DNA of 64,000 bases. Source: an uncultured virus (IMG/VR IMGVR_UViG_3300044984_001006). Lineage: Duplodnaviria > Heunggongvirae > Uroviricota > Caudoviricetes > Crassvirales. Positions 47,901 to 56,209 of the stretch are shown piece after piece. The DNA lies in IMG/VR virus record IMGVR_UViG_3300044984_001006. One strand, written 5' to 3'. Both the position numbers and the translations under genes were made by a program. The notes below the pieces were generated by a model. The model ran no database searches and was not told where the DNA came from. It saw only the letters and a list, made by a program, of their open reading frames with translations. The first letter of the stretch is position 1; each line of letters starts with the position of its first letter.

Positions 47901-50560
47901 ATATTTTTGAAGCTCAACAACAGAATATACAAAATGAAAAAGCTGCTTTAAATAATCTAAACCAAGAAAGAAACAGCAAATCTAGCGGTATAACAACAGT
48001 ATCAGATTATATTAATGATAATAATTCAAGAAGATTAGACACAGAAACTTCTTATGATTTATTAGATAAATTAGCAAAAAATATTGAGGATTATTGGGGA
48101 ATATTGCCTAATGATATTATTCTTGGCATGAATAGAGCTATAGATTATGCTGTGGATGTAATAGAAGACCGTGAAGGAGCCGGTTTATTAATGGAAGCTA
48201 TGAACCAAGGCTTGAATATTGAGACTGTTAAAAATGCTGAAAAGCAATTAAACGAGTTTATTGATAAAAACCAGCCAAAAAACGAAATGTATAGCAAATC
48301 TTTAGACTTTCAGTTTAATGATATACTAGAAAGAAACACTGGTGTCGCGGCATTTACAAAAGTATCTGATGTAGTAGCTAAAAGAACAGGTATTAAGAAA
48401 AACACATTATCATTCTTTGTACCGCCTTCAGCTGATGACTTTAGAGGTTTAACAACTTATATGTTTGCTGGTAAAGGTAAACAAGGAGAACAAGATCAAG
48501 AATTCTTTGATAAAAACTTAACTGTGCCGTATGTAAAAGGTATTAATACTTTAGATTCTGTACGTCAATCTATTAGAAAAGAATATAAGATGTTACTTAA
48601 TAACTTTCCTGATGTTAAAAAGAAACTTGAGAAATTAACGCCAGATAAAGGCTTTACTTATGATCAAGCTGTTAGGGTTTATCTTTGGTCATCAACTGGT
48701 AAAGAGGTACCTGGTTTATCAAGAACTGATAAAAATAAATTATTGTACTTTGTAAAACAAAACCCTGATTTGTTAGCTTTTGCGAACGCATTGTCAATAA
48801 CTGGTAGACAAGATGGTGGATGGATTGATCCTTCAACAACTTGGGATAGTGAAACTATTATATCTGATCTTCACAATATTACTGAAGGTGCTGGTAGAAA
48901 GAAATATCTAGAGGAGTTTATAGAGAATGCTGATGCAATATTTACAAAAGAAAACCTAAACAAGATACAATCTATATATGGTACAAATACAAGAGAAGCA
49001 TTAGAAGACTCTTTATATAGAATGAAGAATGGTAAGAATAGACCAGAAGGTACTGACAGAGTAACAAATACTTGGATGAACTGGATTAATGGTTCTACTG
49101 CCGCAATTATGTTCTTCAATACTAGATCAGCATTGTTACAGACTATATCAGCAATTAACTTCATAAACTGGAATGATAATAATCCATATATGGCAGGTAA
49201 AGCTTTTCTTAATCAGAAACAATACTGGAGTGACTTCGCAATGATTATCAATTCCGACAAATTAAAGGAAAGAAGATCTGGATTAAAAGCCGATGTTACT
49301 CAAGCCGAGATTGCTAATGCTGCAAACAGTGCTAAAAACAAATTTAACGGTGTTATATCTTATTTACAAAAAATAGGTTTTACACCTACACAAGCAGCGG
49401 ATAGTTTTTCTATCGCAGTTAGTGGTGCTACATTCTATAGAAATAGAGTTAACACATATTTGAAAGCAGGTGATACTGTACAAGAAGCTGAAGAAAAAGC
49501 ATTCAATGATTTTTCAATCATAACAGATCAATCAATGCAATCCGCCGATCCAATGTACGTTTCAAAACAACAAACGACTGCATTAGGACGCATTATATTG
49601 GCTTTTGGTAATACTCCAATGCAATATAATAGATTGATCAAAAAAGCTACGTTAGACTTAGCTAATAGACGTGGAGATTGGAAAACAAATGTTTCTAAAA
49701 TTGTATACTACGGAGCATTGCAAAATATGTTATTCTCGTTTTTACAATCTGCATTGTTTATACCATTAGGTTATGATGATGAAGAAGAACCTGATTTTTC
49801 TAAAATGACTAAAGAGGAAAAGAAAGCCTACGAAAAGTTAAAGAAAAAAGGAGAGGATAAAATATCAAACATGATTAACGGTATGGCTGATACCTTATTA
49901 AGAGGTTCAGGTGTATATGGAGCAGCTATTGCAACTGTAAAAAATACAGCAATGGAATATTTCAAACAAGAAGAAAAAGAAATGTTTGCAGATCATGCTT
50001 ATACAGTATTAGCTCTAACAAGTGTATCTCCACCAATAAGTTCAAAAGCAAGAAAACTTTACGGATCAATTAGAATTAGTAAATTTGAAAAAGATGTTAT
50101 TGCTGAAAGAGGCTGGGAAGTTACAAGAGACGGTAAATTAAACTTAGCTCCTAACTATAGAATACTAGGTAATGTAACGGTAGCAACTACCAACTTACCA
50201 TTAGATAGGGTTGTTGAAAAGGTTAATAACATGGCTGAAGTAATGGACTCTAGAAATACCAAATTACAAAGAACTGCATTAGCATTAGGATGGAAAGATT
50301 GGGAACTTAACGTGAAAAACGAAGAAAATGAAATCATCAAAGCAACGGCTAAAGAAAAACGTAAGGAGGAAGGTATAGAAAAAGCTATTGAAACAAGATA
50401 TGAAAATAAACAAAAAGAAAAAGAAATGTTTCGTGGATTATCTATAAAAGAAAAGATTGCTTATAGGAAAAAAGAAGCGCTGGATAAAAGAGAAAAGAAA
50501 CTGAAACAGAGAGAAAGACTAATTAAAAGAAGAGAAAAGAATAAAAGAAAAATGGGTTAA
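41945..50560 (+). CDS. Giant multidomain internal virion (ejection) protein
   Basis: 2871 aa; HEFLH zincin motif (44957-44971), sigma region-2-like segment, EHxxP segment and helical C-terminal region. Confidence 0.75.
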   Translation: MAKYFNNNGEEYTIEEIVAAAEENNKSVEDIIADNGLTMDGEKPGKSQGVTAKKPVVAPKKQKLVSPSGNTSSGWNTKPTPKYGVEAITETFQIKKKAQEKKATTKKAEEPDFNAARLRVAAQAGQADPNAVPGSFGYETFKAAKKKEAKIEAAKEDEKVDFESRMSGIVLRNNNEAKKWYEDNLNNSQLTEDDNAEIDSYIESELAKNNTIQKVAANNKSGNLSLVAKGGAPSTGYENVISQKYQAFPDEVEKIKAELKRKNLLGKVSEDEIIKEASNLWKAKEVKKRKESKFRDSLEETTNISDVAKSVVNDYVIKKSTKEANDFVKETVFKESLDRTSENYISKIKEIDKKLKPKGYKFTSQQELDEQNALIVNRNNLIKDINSNEDLIDSSVKKINKLSDSVDDLALQGDMFSRDYSMLGVGKKLYLNFANQIGGGVAGLGLYLNQGTEMAYDVLGLEELIGMENPITYLKNVVSDKKAAIDDRLTYEFAKPRTGSTEAYLEEAGDLFITQAPNLLLMALTGGTSTAEKVIAEQLAKEAAPSLLTKAGTFAKDYLTLNAQTGAMAGVSTGGKYLEMINEERNGYYTEDGKFIKPDYNAFQLIVAPAAFGYVEGVFEKSTARILERGKGFFKTAAKQAPEAWMDFNVTTTKKLLKQAGIDIAKGQGEEQLSEQLTNFGQNAINKVVLGKEVSLFENTGTVFKDTAILTTMLSGIPILAGAAIRPFMSRTTSKQLSDNARQLASIMYRLDNGTDLSSISKEALQKEKQKIEAQSTALLQKTISDIDAMPVSTFDYINKSVAKIADLINKANQINEGDGDAKSKSEDLGILEGQYKYETLKLNTLVSGVENVKTFGKPISSIGRAQLIELNTERFLANMDETTTDDEKNNIRERVENKVKAVYKNEGIDLKEARETEFNENLAAAQKLAEAEDVTVILAEDYDDASRQMQALIADKKITEEDANILGFKGTDGKIVTSSLNGKDYIVINKQQSINQKAVTVGSHEFLHKLLQKTLSKAGAQIALGQQLKEYLLASNPELFMNEKVLGRLRANYRNASEGIQNEEILTLFSDALLNGNIKYNESFFTKLGDTIRRYLQDLGLISIKFDSGRDVFNFIRDYNDTIKKGGEAGKAIKNLFKEGAKGKLTEEGGAQADTSSLSSKSIEERMDKLDDQLASNEIDLDKYESEMKKLEQEEFEESKKTYEEEKKVVKKETTKKDTTKKEPTEVSEAATKAKAKLDAIGNDPKGFNPNNPAIYDELDKMVKVKSRNYKTSNGTVIDLTNKNKGGLDGFNMEEMTSYVTMSMLPYINKFDPSRNDSLYGYINAQLANRMKAALKSGQVANVVFTEDVTEMTKLSNEDVEVKTPTLPERKKYQNILESGVFSPEVITDVQAKILPIIRTLKSRVDEKTTLNRTTAPIINEIRTEIGKQADIDIKRAMGGKEDGQLRKFLLINKKPILENMTTTWLMGKDNGKTVSGGMPFAIQKRINGQWTSFPDWIGKKVDRESVETDLAGRTSGAELVRRLPNAANNVPDDVFLESIIDPATGLPLRGRKEALAKAMSEELAFDLISDDMLSGGPIYQALQKNQEILGAEVGKVTVENINRLAERGNIKYSLSADMMLDIENNSTALGKAIVGLTKITNSSVKKILTNIFVNDWDENQIKKATESLLYVLKRNEKYFGSDELINYEGNTIEYLSNISKEQDFGKSIWKQLSSDVAVAAFYRKPEKVKKLKELNQDFMIDTLKDFGDAEGTRILYSMWAPTVINGNFDISLFRMKDMDKRRTAFIDELNKARKIAFGTKTNNISEKVLKEKYRGYAKVNKVHFNYFDGTFDIKKDRLRTKAAKDLTIYAAKWWGKNLKELEPSYQAAMFTLLANNADSVVRSAAPVVGIIDEGIKVPYVYEHSKPVRVVLAQLIDKYINKNDNITEDEIFENYKVLIVPKKVSDILDKSGVKQMMDPFYFIKDKTDFSRYDSLFKNNIVQSINIFEAQQQNIQNEKAALNNLNQERNSKSSGITTVSDYINDNNSRRLDTETSYDLLDKLAKNIEDYWGILPNDIILGMNRAIDYAVDVIEDREGAGLLMEAMNQGLNIETVKNAEKQLNEFIDKNQPKNEMYSKSLDFQFNDILERNTGVAAFTKVSDVVAKRTGIKKNTLSFFVPPSADDFRGLTTYMFAGKGKQGEQDQEFFDKNLTVPYVKGINTLDSVRQSIRKEYKMLLNNFPDVKKKLEKLTPDKGFTYDQAVRVYLWSSTGKEVPGLSRTDKNKLLYFVKQNPDLLAFANALSITGRQDGGWIDPSTTWDSETIISDLHNITEGAGRKKYLEEFIENADAIFTKENLNKIQSIYGTNTREALEDSLYRMKNGKNRPEGTDRVTNTWMNWINGSTAAIMFFNTRSALLQTISAINFINWNDNNPYMAGKAFLNQKQYWSDFAMIINSDKLKERRSGLKADVTQAEIANAANSAKNKFNGVISYLQKIGFTPTQAADSFSIAVSGATFYRNRVNTYLKAGDTVQEAEEKAFNDFSIITDQSMQSADPMYVSKQQTTALGRIILAFGNTPMQYNRLIKKATLDLANRRGDWKTNVSKIVYYGALQNMLFSFLQSALFIPLGYDDEEEPDFSKMTKEEKKAYEKLKKKGEDKISNMINGMADTLLRGSGVYGAAIATVKNTAMEYFKQEEKEMFADHAYTVLALTSVSPPISSKARKLYGSIRISKFEKDVIAERGWEVTRDGKLNLAPNYRILGNVTVATTNLPLDRVVEKVNNMAEVMDSRNTKLQRTALALGWKDWELNVKNEENEIIKATAKEKRKEEGIEKAIETRYENKQKEKEMFRGLSIKEKIAYRKKEALDKREKKLKQRERLIKRREKNKRKMG
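42076..42141 (+). promoter_or_regulatory. Candidate -1 programmed ribosomal frameshift signal
   Basis: In-frame G GGA AAG, 6-nt spacer, 11-bp stem (42089-42099/42110-42120); loop GAAACC complementary to GGTTTC at 42136-42141. Confidence 0.65.
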
Positions 50561-50609
50561 TAAAAGGAACTAAGATAAATAGGCACCATACCTAAAAGTT
50601 CCAATAACC

Positions 50610-50645
50610 AATAAAGGGGATTCACATAACGTGGTCCCCTTTATT
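50610..50645. terminator. Bidirectional terminator between the convergent blocks
   Basis: AATAAAGGGGAT...GTCCCCTTTATT hairpin at the convergence of the plus and minus operons. Confidence 0.8.
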
Positions 50646-50784
50646 AATTTAAGCATATTTGCGGTCTTGTTTTTTGCTATTTTGAATATAATATAGCTTT
50701 TGTTTTTTTTTACAATTTGCTTTTATTGGTTATTATATTTGATTTATATATAAAGTATAAATCCAACATCTTGTACCTAAATAA

Positions 50785-52653
50785 CTATACAATCTCACAA
50801 TTACCTCCTCCACACGCTGCTGAATCAGTAAAGTTAGTGTTATCTTGTATTTCCACTACTTTTGATAGATCAACATCTTTTAATGTAGACATCATTTGTT
50901 CATAGACTTCTTTAGTACAATCTTCAAATGGAGTTTGTTTATATGTTCCGCCGTTATATGGTAAAACAGATAATCCATTATAGTATTCTTTGTTTGCCCA
51001 CATCCATTCACCTACAATTTTCCATTCATCATCTCTGACAGAAACCGTACAAGATACATTATGGGTATTGTTTCCTTTCTCATGACCAGTTTTAACCCAG
51101 TCTCTAGATATAAGCTTTACTCTTTCTAATAAATCTAATGTAGATTCATATCTTGTTATAGCTCCTTCTGGTGCTTTTTGAGGCACAGAAATTACTGATT
51201 GTAATGTAGGATTAAAATATTCATCTTCTAACAATTCTGGATGATTGATTGCAAGATAGGAATAGATTGCTTCATTCTTGCCTAAACGCATACGGCGAAT
51301 ATAATAGTCGTTATGCCAAGCGTGAATACCGCTAGAAGTGCCCAAAACAAGGCTAGTAGTTCCTGCCGGCTTAACTGCGGTGGTTCTGGCCGCTTTGTTG
51401 ATATTAAGAGCCGCTGCAATAATATTATTTGTTTCCTTAACAGTTTGTGCTGCTTCTTCATAGTTTAAATTTAAGTTAGATTCTGACGCAATGCCCGTCA
51501 TTGACACACCTAATAATGCGTCTTTTTCTGTATTCTTTCTCCATATATCACGAAGGTAATGGAAGTCTGAATATGACGCTTGTAATGTACCTAAGAATGA
51601 TGCCGCTGAAGATCTTGCATTGAAATCTTCTTGACTTTCAATATTAGACATATTAATTTCTGTTAGGTTACAGAACTGATACGGTCGTAAAGCAATTTCA
51701 CAACAAGGATTAGTACCCCAATCTTTATCATTAGTAAGATATATTCCGGGTTCGCCTGAGCCAGAAGCTTCAATTCTTTCCCAAACTTTGTCAAATGTTT
51801 TCTTATCAATTTTATGTCTTAAAAGTACTACTGAATTATTTGCTCTACCTCTTTGTGGATTATCTTCCCACCAACTACCAGCTTTACAATTTAACATTGC
51901 TGTACTATCTAAGTCAAACAATGAAATCATTGCTGCTCTTCTAATTCCGCCTGCTAAAACTGCATCGGCGATATGACACTGAATATCGTGACATTCAATA
52001 TCTGTTAATCTAGATCTATCTTCTTTTTCACGAAGGATAGCTTCAATCTTAACCAATGCTAGTCTTAATGGTTCTGGTCCTGGTGCTTTGCCCCCAGCTG
52101 TTACAAGCAATGCGCCTTTTTGTCTAATATCGGAAAGATCAAATTCAATATGTGAGGTTAATTCCCCTGTATATGATTTAAACAATGTCTTAATCGCATC
52201 AGCCCAACCAATAATACTATCCTGTACAACATAACGTTTTTTACGATCGTAATTTGGTTTTCTTATTTCAGGTAATTTCTCAATGTTGTGATTCTGGACT
52301 GAATACCCCACACCAGTTCCTCCAAGAAGTAAAAACATAGTTTCAGCAAAACTACGGATATTATCAACAGGCAAAAAAGCACAATTATAAATGCGAGCAT
52401 TATTGAGTTCAATAGCTTTACCACCAAATTGCAGGCTTCGCATCGAAGGTAAAACTTTTTTATTGAAAACAAAATTTTTGTATACTTGTTCAATTGATTC
52501 TTTCATTTGCGGAAACTTCGACACGTGCATCTCCATATTCCTGGTTACTAATTCTTCCCACGTTTCTCTACGTTCTTTTGCTGGCACATACTTTGCATAC
52601 TTTGTGTATACGGTAATATCACTTAAGATCTGCTTATCTAGGCTTAAACTCAT
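50785..52653 (-). CDS. nrdJ: Class II (adenosylcobalamin) ribonucleotide reductase
   Basis: NCAF, GGIRRAAMI, TNPCCEI, QFCNLTE, VKPAGT and C-terminal CGGGNCE; no small subunit nearby. Confidence 0.9.
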   Translation of the reverse strand: MSLSLDKQILSDITVYTKYAKYVPAKERRETWEELVTRNMEMHVSKFPQMKESIEQVYKNFVFNKKVLPSMRSLQFGGKAIELNNARIYNCAFLPVDNIRSFAETMFLLLGGTGVGYSVQNHNIEKLPEIRKPNYDRKKRYVVQDSIIGWADAIKTLFKSYTGELTSHIEFDLSDIRQKGALLVTAGGKAPGPEPLRLALVKIEAILREKEDRSRLTDIECHDIQCHIADAVLAGGIRRAAMISLFDLDSTAMLNCKAGSWWEDNPQRGRANNSVVLLRHKIDKKTFDKVWERIEASGSGEPGIYLTNDKDWGTNPCCEIALRPYQFCNLTEINMSNIESQEDFNARSSAASFLGTLQASYSDFHYLRDIWRKNTEKDALLGVSMTGIASESNLNLNYEEAAQTVKETNNIIAAALNINKAARTTAVKPAGTTSLVLGTSSGIHAWHNDYYIRRMRLGKNEAIYSYLAINHPELLEDEYFNPTLQSVISVPQKAPEGAITRYESTLDLLERVKLISRDWVKTGHEKGNNTHNVSCTVSVRDDEWKIVGEWMWANKEYYNGLSVLPYNGGTYKQTPFEDCTKEVYEQMMSTLKDVDLSKVVEIQDNTNFTDSAACGGGNCEIV

Positions 52654-52654
52654 A

Positions 52655-52909
52655 TTAATCTATTTCTAATTTAGGGGTTACTATTTCTTCATCTACTACT
52701 TCAACATTCTCTGGCCTTGCTTCTACGCCTTCTTTAACTTTTTCAGCTAACTTTGCTACAGCTTCATCATAGTCAGGCATAAATCTAATTGTTTCAAATG
52801 TGCCTGAAGCTAATGTTTTAATATTTTGGTTTTCTTGCAACAGATACTGTACAATGTTAGTTAATGAAGCTATTTTATTCTTCATTCCGATTAACTCATT
52901 CTCTTTCAT
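52655..52909 (-). CDS. Hypothetical protein
   Basis: ORF track. Confidence 0.6.
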   Translation of the reverse strand: MKENELIGMKNKIASLTNIVQYLLQENQNIKTLASGTFETIRFMPDYDEAVAKLAEKVKEGVEARPENVEVVDEEIVTPKLEID

Positions 52910-52927
52910 TCTTTTTAGTTTTAATTA

Positions 52928-53089
52928 TTAGTCTTTACTTATTTCAAGTGATATGTCAAAAAATGGTATATATAATACGTGCATTAAAGCATCATCGTAT
53001 TCATATACTCTATACCCAAATAGTATACCTGGATATACTCCCATCTCTAAAGACCAGAAGTTTTTGCCTGCGTTTCCATTAAATGTCAT
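52928..53089 (-). CDS. Small hypothetical protein (53 aa)
   Basis: Manual translation MTFNGNAGKNFWSLEMGVYPGILFGYRVY...HVLYIPFFDI. Confidence 0.55.
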   Translation of the reverse strand: MTFNGNAGKNFWSLEMGVYPGILFGYRVYEYDDALMHVLYIPFFDISLEISKD

Positions 53090-53264
53090 CTTTCGTTTGT
53101 TTTGGGTTATTAAACATCTCTATTGTTTTTATTAGTTCTTTATATCTTATTTTGCCAAACGTTTCAAATGACCACATATACCATTTTTCGATTTGTCTAT
53201 CTGCATATCTTTGTCTTGCTAATCTTTTTGTTTCAAAAGGATTAATCGTACTGTCTCGTCGCAT
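53079..53264 (-). CDS. Hypothetical protein
   Basis: ORF track. Confidence 0.45.
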   Translation of the reverse strand: MRRDSTINPFETKRLARQRYADRQIEKWYMWSFETFGKIRYKELIKTIEMFNNPKQTKDDI

Positions 53265-53662
53265 TCTTTTTGTTGTTGAGGTTTATATAAAGTTCTTGTA
53301 TCGCCATTATCTTTCATGTGTTTTTTAAACATTTTCCAGCGTAAAGGAAATGAGTCATTAGCTCTACCTTTAGTTTCTATAATAAAACTTTCACCTTCAA
53401 AATCTGGTGTATATTTCAAATTAAGTACTTTCTTATTACCTCTGTTTATAAAATCACCTTTACTATTAGATTGTCTTTCAAAACAATCGTTATCAAAATT
53501 AAAAGCAGGTATTAGTTCGTAAGTTTTATACTCATAATGAAATTTTATACCAGCATCTTGCAATGCTTTGTACATATACTTTTCAAGACCGGAAGCGAAA
53601 GTGATGCCATCATACACCACTTTCTTTGACACAACTGGTCCTTTCTTTTTAGTTCTCTTCAT
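53219..53662 (-). CDS. PD-(D/E)xK endonuclease (T7 endonuclease I / resolvase-like)
   Basis: FASGLE...YE....YTPDF....IIETKG. Confidence 0.8.
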   Translation of the reverse strand: MKRTKKKGPVVSKKVVYDGITFASGLEKYMYKALQDAGIKFHYEYKTYELIPAFNFDNDCFERQSNSKGDFINRGNKKVLNLKYTPDFEGESFIIETKGRANDSFPLRWKMFKKHMKDNGDTRTLYKPQQQKECDETVRLILLKQKD

Positions 53663-53906
53663 TCTTCTCTATTCTTCTTATTACAGCATCCATAAGATCT
53701 TCTGAATAAACTTCTTTAGCTTTCTGTAAATAAAGAACAGCATCCATTAATTCTTCTTGTAAATGATTAAGCCATTCAAATATTCTAGACTGATCTTCTT
53801 CTAATGTTACGCCATACTTTTTGTAGCCAACATCAGATCTACCAACAAATTTTGTAACAACTCGCTCAACTACTGGGTCCCTAAATTTTATTGTCTTTTC
53901 TGTCAT
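53649..53906 (-). CDS. Conserved phage protein (all-alpha NTP pyrophosphatase-like)
   Basis: RS..G..KYG.TL....WL.HLQEELMDA.LY. Confidence 0.6.
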   Translation of the reverse strand: MTEKTIKFRDPVVERVVTKFVGRSDVGYKKYGVTLEEDQSRIFEWLNHLQEELMDAVLYLQKAKEVYSEDLMDAVIRRIEKNEEN

Positions 53907-53907
53907 A

Positions 53908-54837
53908 CTATAAAGTTGTTTTAATTGTTACACCTGGATATGGTTTCATTAATATTGATTCATGATAACCTGTTGTTTTATTATGCTCTGGAAAATTAGG
54001 GTATTGTGTTATTGTCGTAAAAGTATTTGTATCTGTATCTTTAACAAAAGATCCGTTAACCATTTTACCTGTACGCTTTTCAATTACTTGATATGCTGAT
54101 ACAACGCAATCTTCTACTTTTAATCCTTCTAATGCAGCTAAATTTGTTAATACAACCATCATATCACCAATAGCATCTATAAATTCTTCTCTATCGCTTT
54201 TAAGAATTGCTCTTGCTAATTCACCTGCTTCTTCTTGTAATTTAACAAATTGTGTTTTAGCATCACCGTTTCTATATAATCCACGTTCATCGGCCCACTT
54301 TCTTATTAAATCATAAACGTTTGGTTGTTCCTTAACTTGCGGCATAAAAGCTTCTTCTATATGCTTAATAGGATTAAAATTATCGGCTACAGCTTCATGT
54401 AAGGCTTTATTATACACAAAGCATCTATTAGGATTGAACATTGAAACTTTTACGTTAGTCATTATCCATGCAATCAATTCTTTATTTAATAGATAATTAC
54501 CAAAAGGTGTTTCAAAAGTTAATCCGATTGCATCTGTTAGTTGTCCTTTCAGCTTATTCACAGGGCATGGAAATGTTGTTGTTTGATCTGTTACATTTAA
54601 TTTCATTTGATTTGATTTTTTAGATTTGTTAATTACTTTTTTATATGAATCTCGGTCTACCTTGTAGCCGTATAAACGTTGAAGCTCTGATTCTCTCCTT
54701 GATATATAATCTATATCTTCGGATGCTTCCAGAACTTCGTATTCTCCAATCTTATAGCCTTGTGCTATAGTTACTCTCTTATTAAGATTACGTGTAACTC
54801 CTATTTTTTTAGTCGGAATATGATAAATGTAGAACAT
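53908..54837 (-). CDS. MazG-like NTP pyrophosphatase with N-terminal GIY-YIG-like extension
   Basis: C-terminal KLQEEAGELA...DAIGD..VVL...AY..I..R.GKM.NG.FVK; N-terminal YIYHIP..KIGVT.NL..R. Confidence 0.75.
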   Translation of the reverse strand: MFYIYHIPTKKIGVTRNLNKRVTIAQGYKIGEYEVLEASEDIDYISRRESELQRLYGYKVDRDSYKKVINKSKKSNQMKLNVTDQTTTFPCPVNKLKGQLTDAIGLTFETPFGNYLLNKELIAWIMTNVKVSMFNPNRCFVYNKALHEAVADNFNPIKHIEEAFMPQVKEQPNVYDLIRKWADERGLYRNGDAKTQFVKLQEEAGELARAILKSDREEFIDAIGDMMVVLTNLAALEGLKVEDCVVSAYQVIEKRTGKMVNGSFVKDTDTNTFTTITQYPNFPEHNKTTGYHESILMKPYPGVTIKTTL

Positions 54838-54846
54838 AAATTTGAT

Positions 54847-55632
54847 TTAAACGGCTACTTTTGCAGTAATTACTGGGCCGTGGTTATAATTAATTAGTTT
54901 TAACTCATTTAAACTGTATCTGTAAGTTGGTAATGCAAATATCGGTTGTTGTAAATATTTATCAACAGACTCTATTTGATTGTTGTAAATATGCGCATCA
55001 ATTATTTGTATTTCTAATAAATTAGGTTTGTATTCTGTTAATGTACTTACATATAATAATATCTTTGTAAACAATGCTACATCATACGGAATACCTAAAA
55101 ACAAATCACCTGATCTTTGTAATACAAACATATTAAGTTTGTCATTTTCTACAAAGAATTGAAAATATAAATAACAAGGTGGTAATCGCATTTCTTTAAT
55201 TTGTGCAGGATTCCATAAACTAATAATATGTCTTCTACTATCTGGCGTTAATATTATACTTTGTATTAATAATTGCATTTGATCAATACCTTGGCCATTA
55301 AAGTCTCTCATCTGATAACCATATACAGGACCAAGATCTCCATTTTCATCTGCCCAAGCATCCCATATCTTTACGCCAGCTTCTTTAAATCGTTTTGTAT
55401 TTGTTTCCCCATTCATAAACCATTCAAATTCTGTATCAAATGTTTTTTGAAACATCTTTCTACCTGTTATCAAAGGAAAATATTTTGAAACATCAACTTT
55501 TAAACTAGCATTGAATATTGATTTACTACCAACTCCAGTTCTATCAGCTCGTTTAGTACCTGTGAGAAGGCATTCTTGCAATAGATCTCGATATTGCTCT
55601 TCATATTGTTGTGTCATATTAGAATAGTTCAT
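54847..55632 (-). CDS. thyA: Thymidylate synthase
   Basis: DRTGVG, IWDAWA, LGPVYG.Q.R, PDSRR, LPPC, QRSGD and DAHIY.N. Confidence 0.93.
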   Translation of the reverse strand: MNYSNMTQQYEEQYRDLLQECLLTGTKRADRTGVGSKSIFNASLKVDVSKYFPLITGRKMFQKTFDTEFEWFMNGETNTKRFKEAGVKIWDAWADENGDLGPVYGYQMRDFNGQGIDQMQLLIQSIILTPDSRRHIISLWNPAQIKEMRLPPCYLYFQFFVENDKLNMFVLQRSGDLFLGIPYDVALFTKILLYVSTLTEYKPNLLEIQIIDAHIYNNQIESVDKYLQQPIFALPTYRYSLNELKLINYNHGPVITAKVAV

Positions 55633-55960
55633 AATTAATTATTTGTTTAGGTTTTTCAATTTCTTCTTGAATTACTTTTTTAGGTTCTACCTTCTTAATT
55701 ACTTCTGCACCACTATATTTATCATAATAATAAGTATAGAATTTAAAAAGTTCTTTCCAGATTTCTACTTTTTTATAATATAATGGACTTTGCGTTACTT
55801 TACTATTAGTTGTAATAGTAAGATACCATTCTGATGCACTTTTTGCTGTAGGTGAAACATATATTTTATTTTTTATACACCAATTTTTAGCTTCTTGTTC
55901 TCTTGATGTAGGCGCATAATTACCCATATCAATTGCACCTTTTTTATTACCACTACCCAT
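55619..55960 (-). CDS. Hypothetical protein
   Basis: ORF track. Confidence 0.6.
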   Translation of the reverse strand: MGSGNKKGAIDMGNYAPTSREQEAKNWCIKNKIYVSPTAKSASEWYLTITTNSKVTQSPLYYKKVEIWKELFKFYTYYYDKYSGAEVIKKVEPKKVIQEEIEKPKQIINYELF

Positions 55961-56199
55961 TATAAACCTTTTTCTTTTTTAAATATTTTTGACAATTGTC
56001 TTGTTGTTACTTTTTTGTTACTTTCCCAATCTGTTGAATCACTCCAAACATTAGTATTACCCATTCTAAAATAATTATCATCAGCCCATTCTAAAAATTC
56101 AATAGCATAATCATCCGCTATAGCTTCTAATTGAACTTCTCTTATTTGCAACCATGGATTAGTGTCTAACCATTGCTTAAACTTTTCTTTTAGTGTCAT
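55960..56199 (-). CDS. Hypothetical protein (IFKKEKGL family)
   Basis: Shares its termini with 61731..61952. Confidence 0.6.
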   Translation of the reverse strand: MTLKEKFKQWLDTNPWLQIREVQLEAIADDYAIEFLEWADDNYFRMGNTNVWSDSTDWESNKKVTTRQLSKIFKKEKGL

Positions 56200-56209
56200 A
56201 ATTATAGTT

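Noticed and set aside
41945..50560. Giant protein as a crAss-like or N4-like virion RNA polymerase
   Set aside because: No DxDxD (DFDID/DFDGD) or T7-type polymerase motif seen by eye
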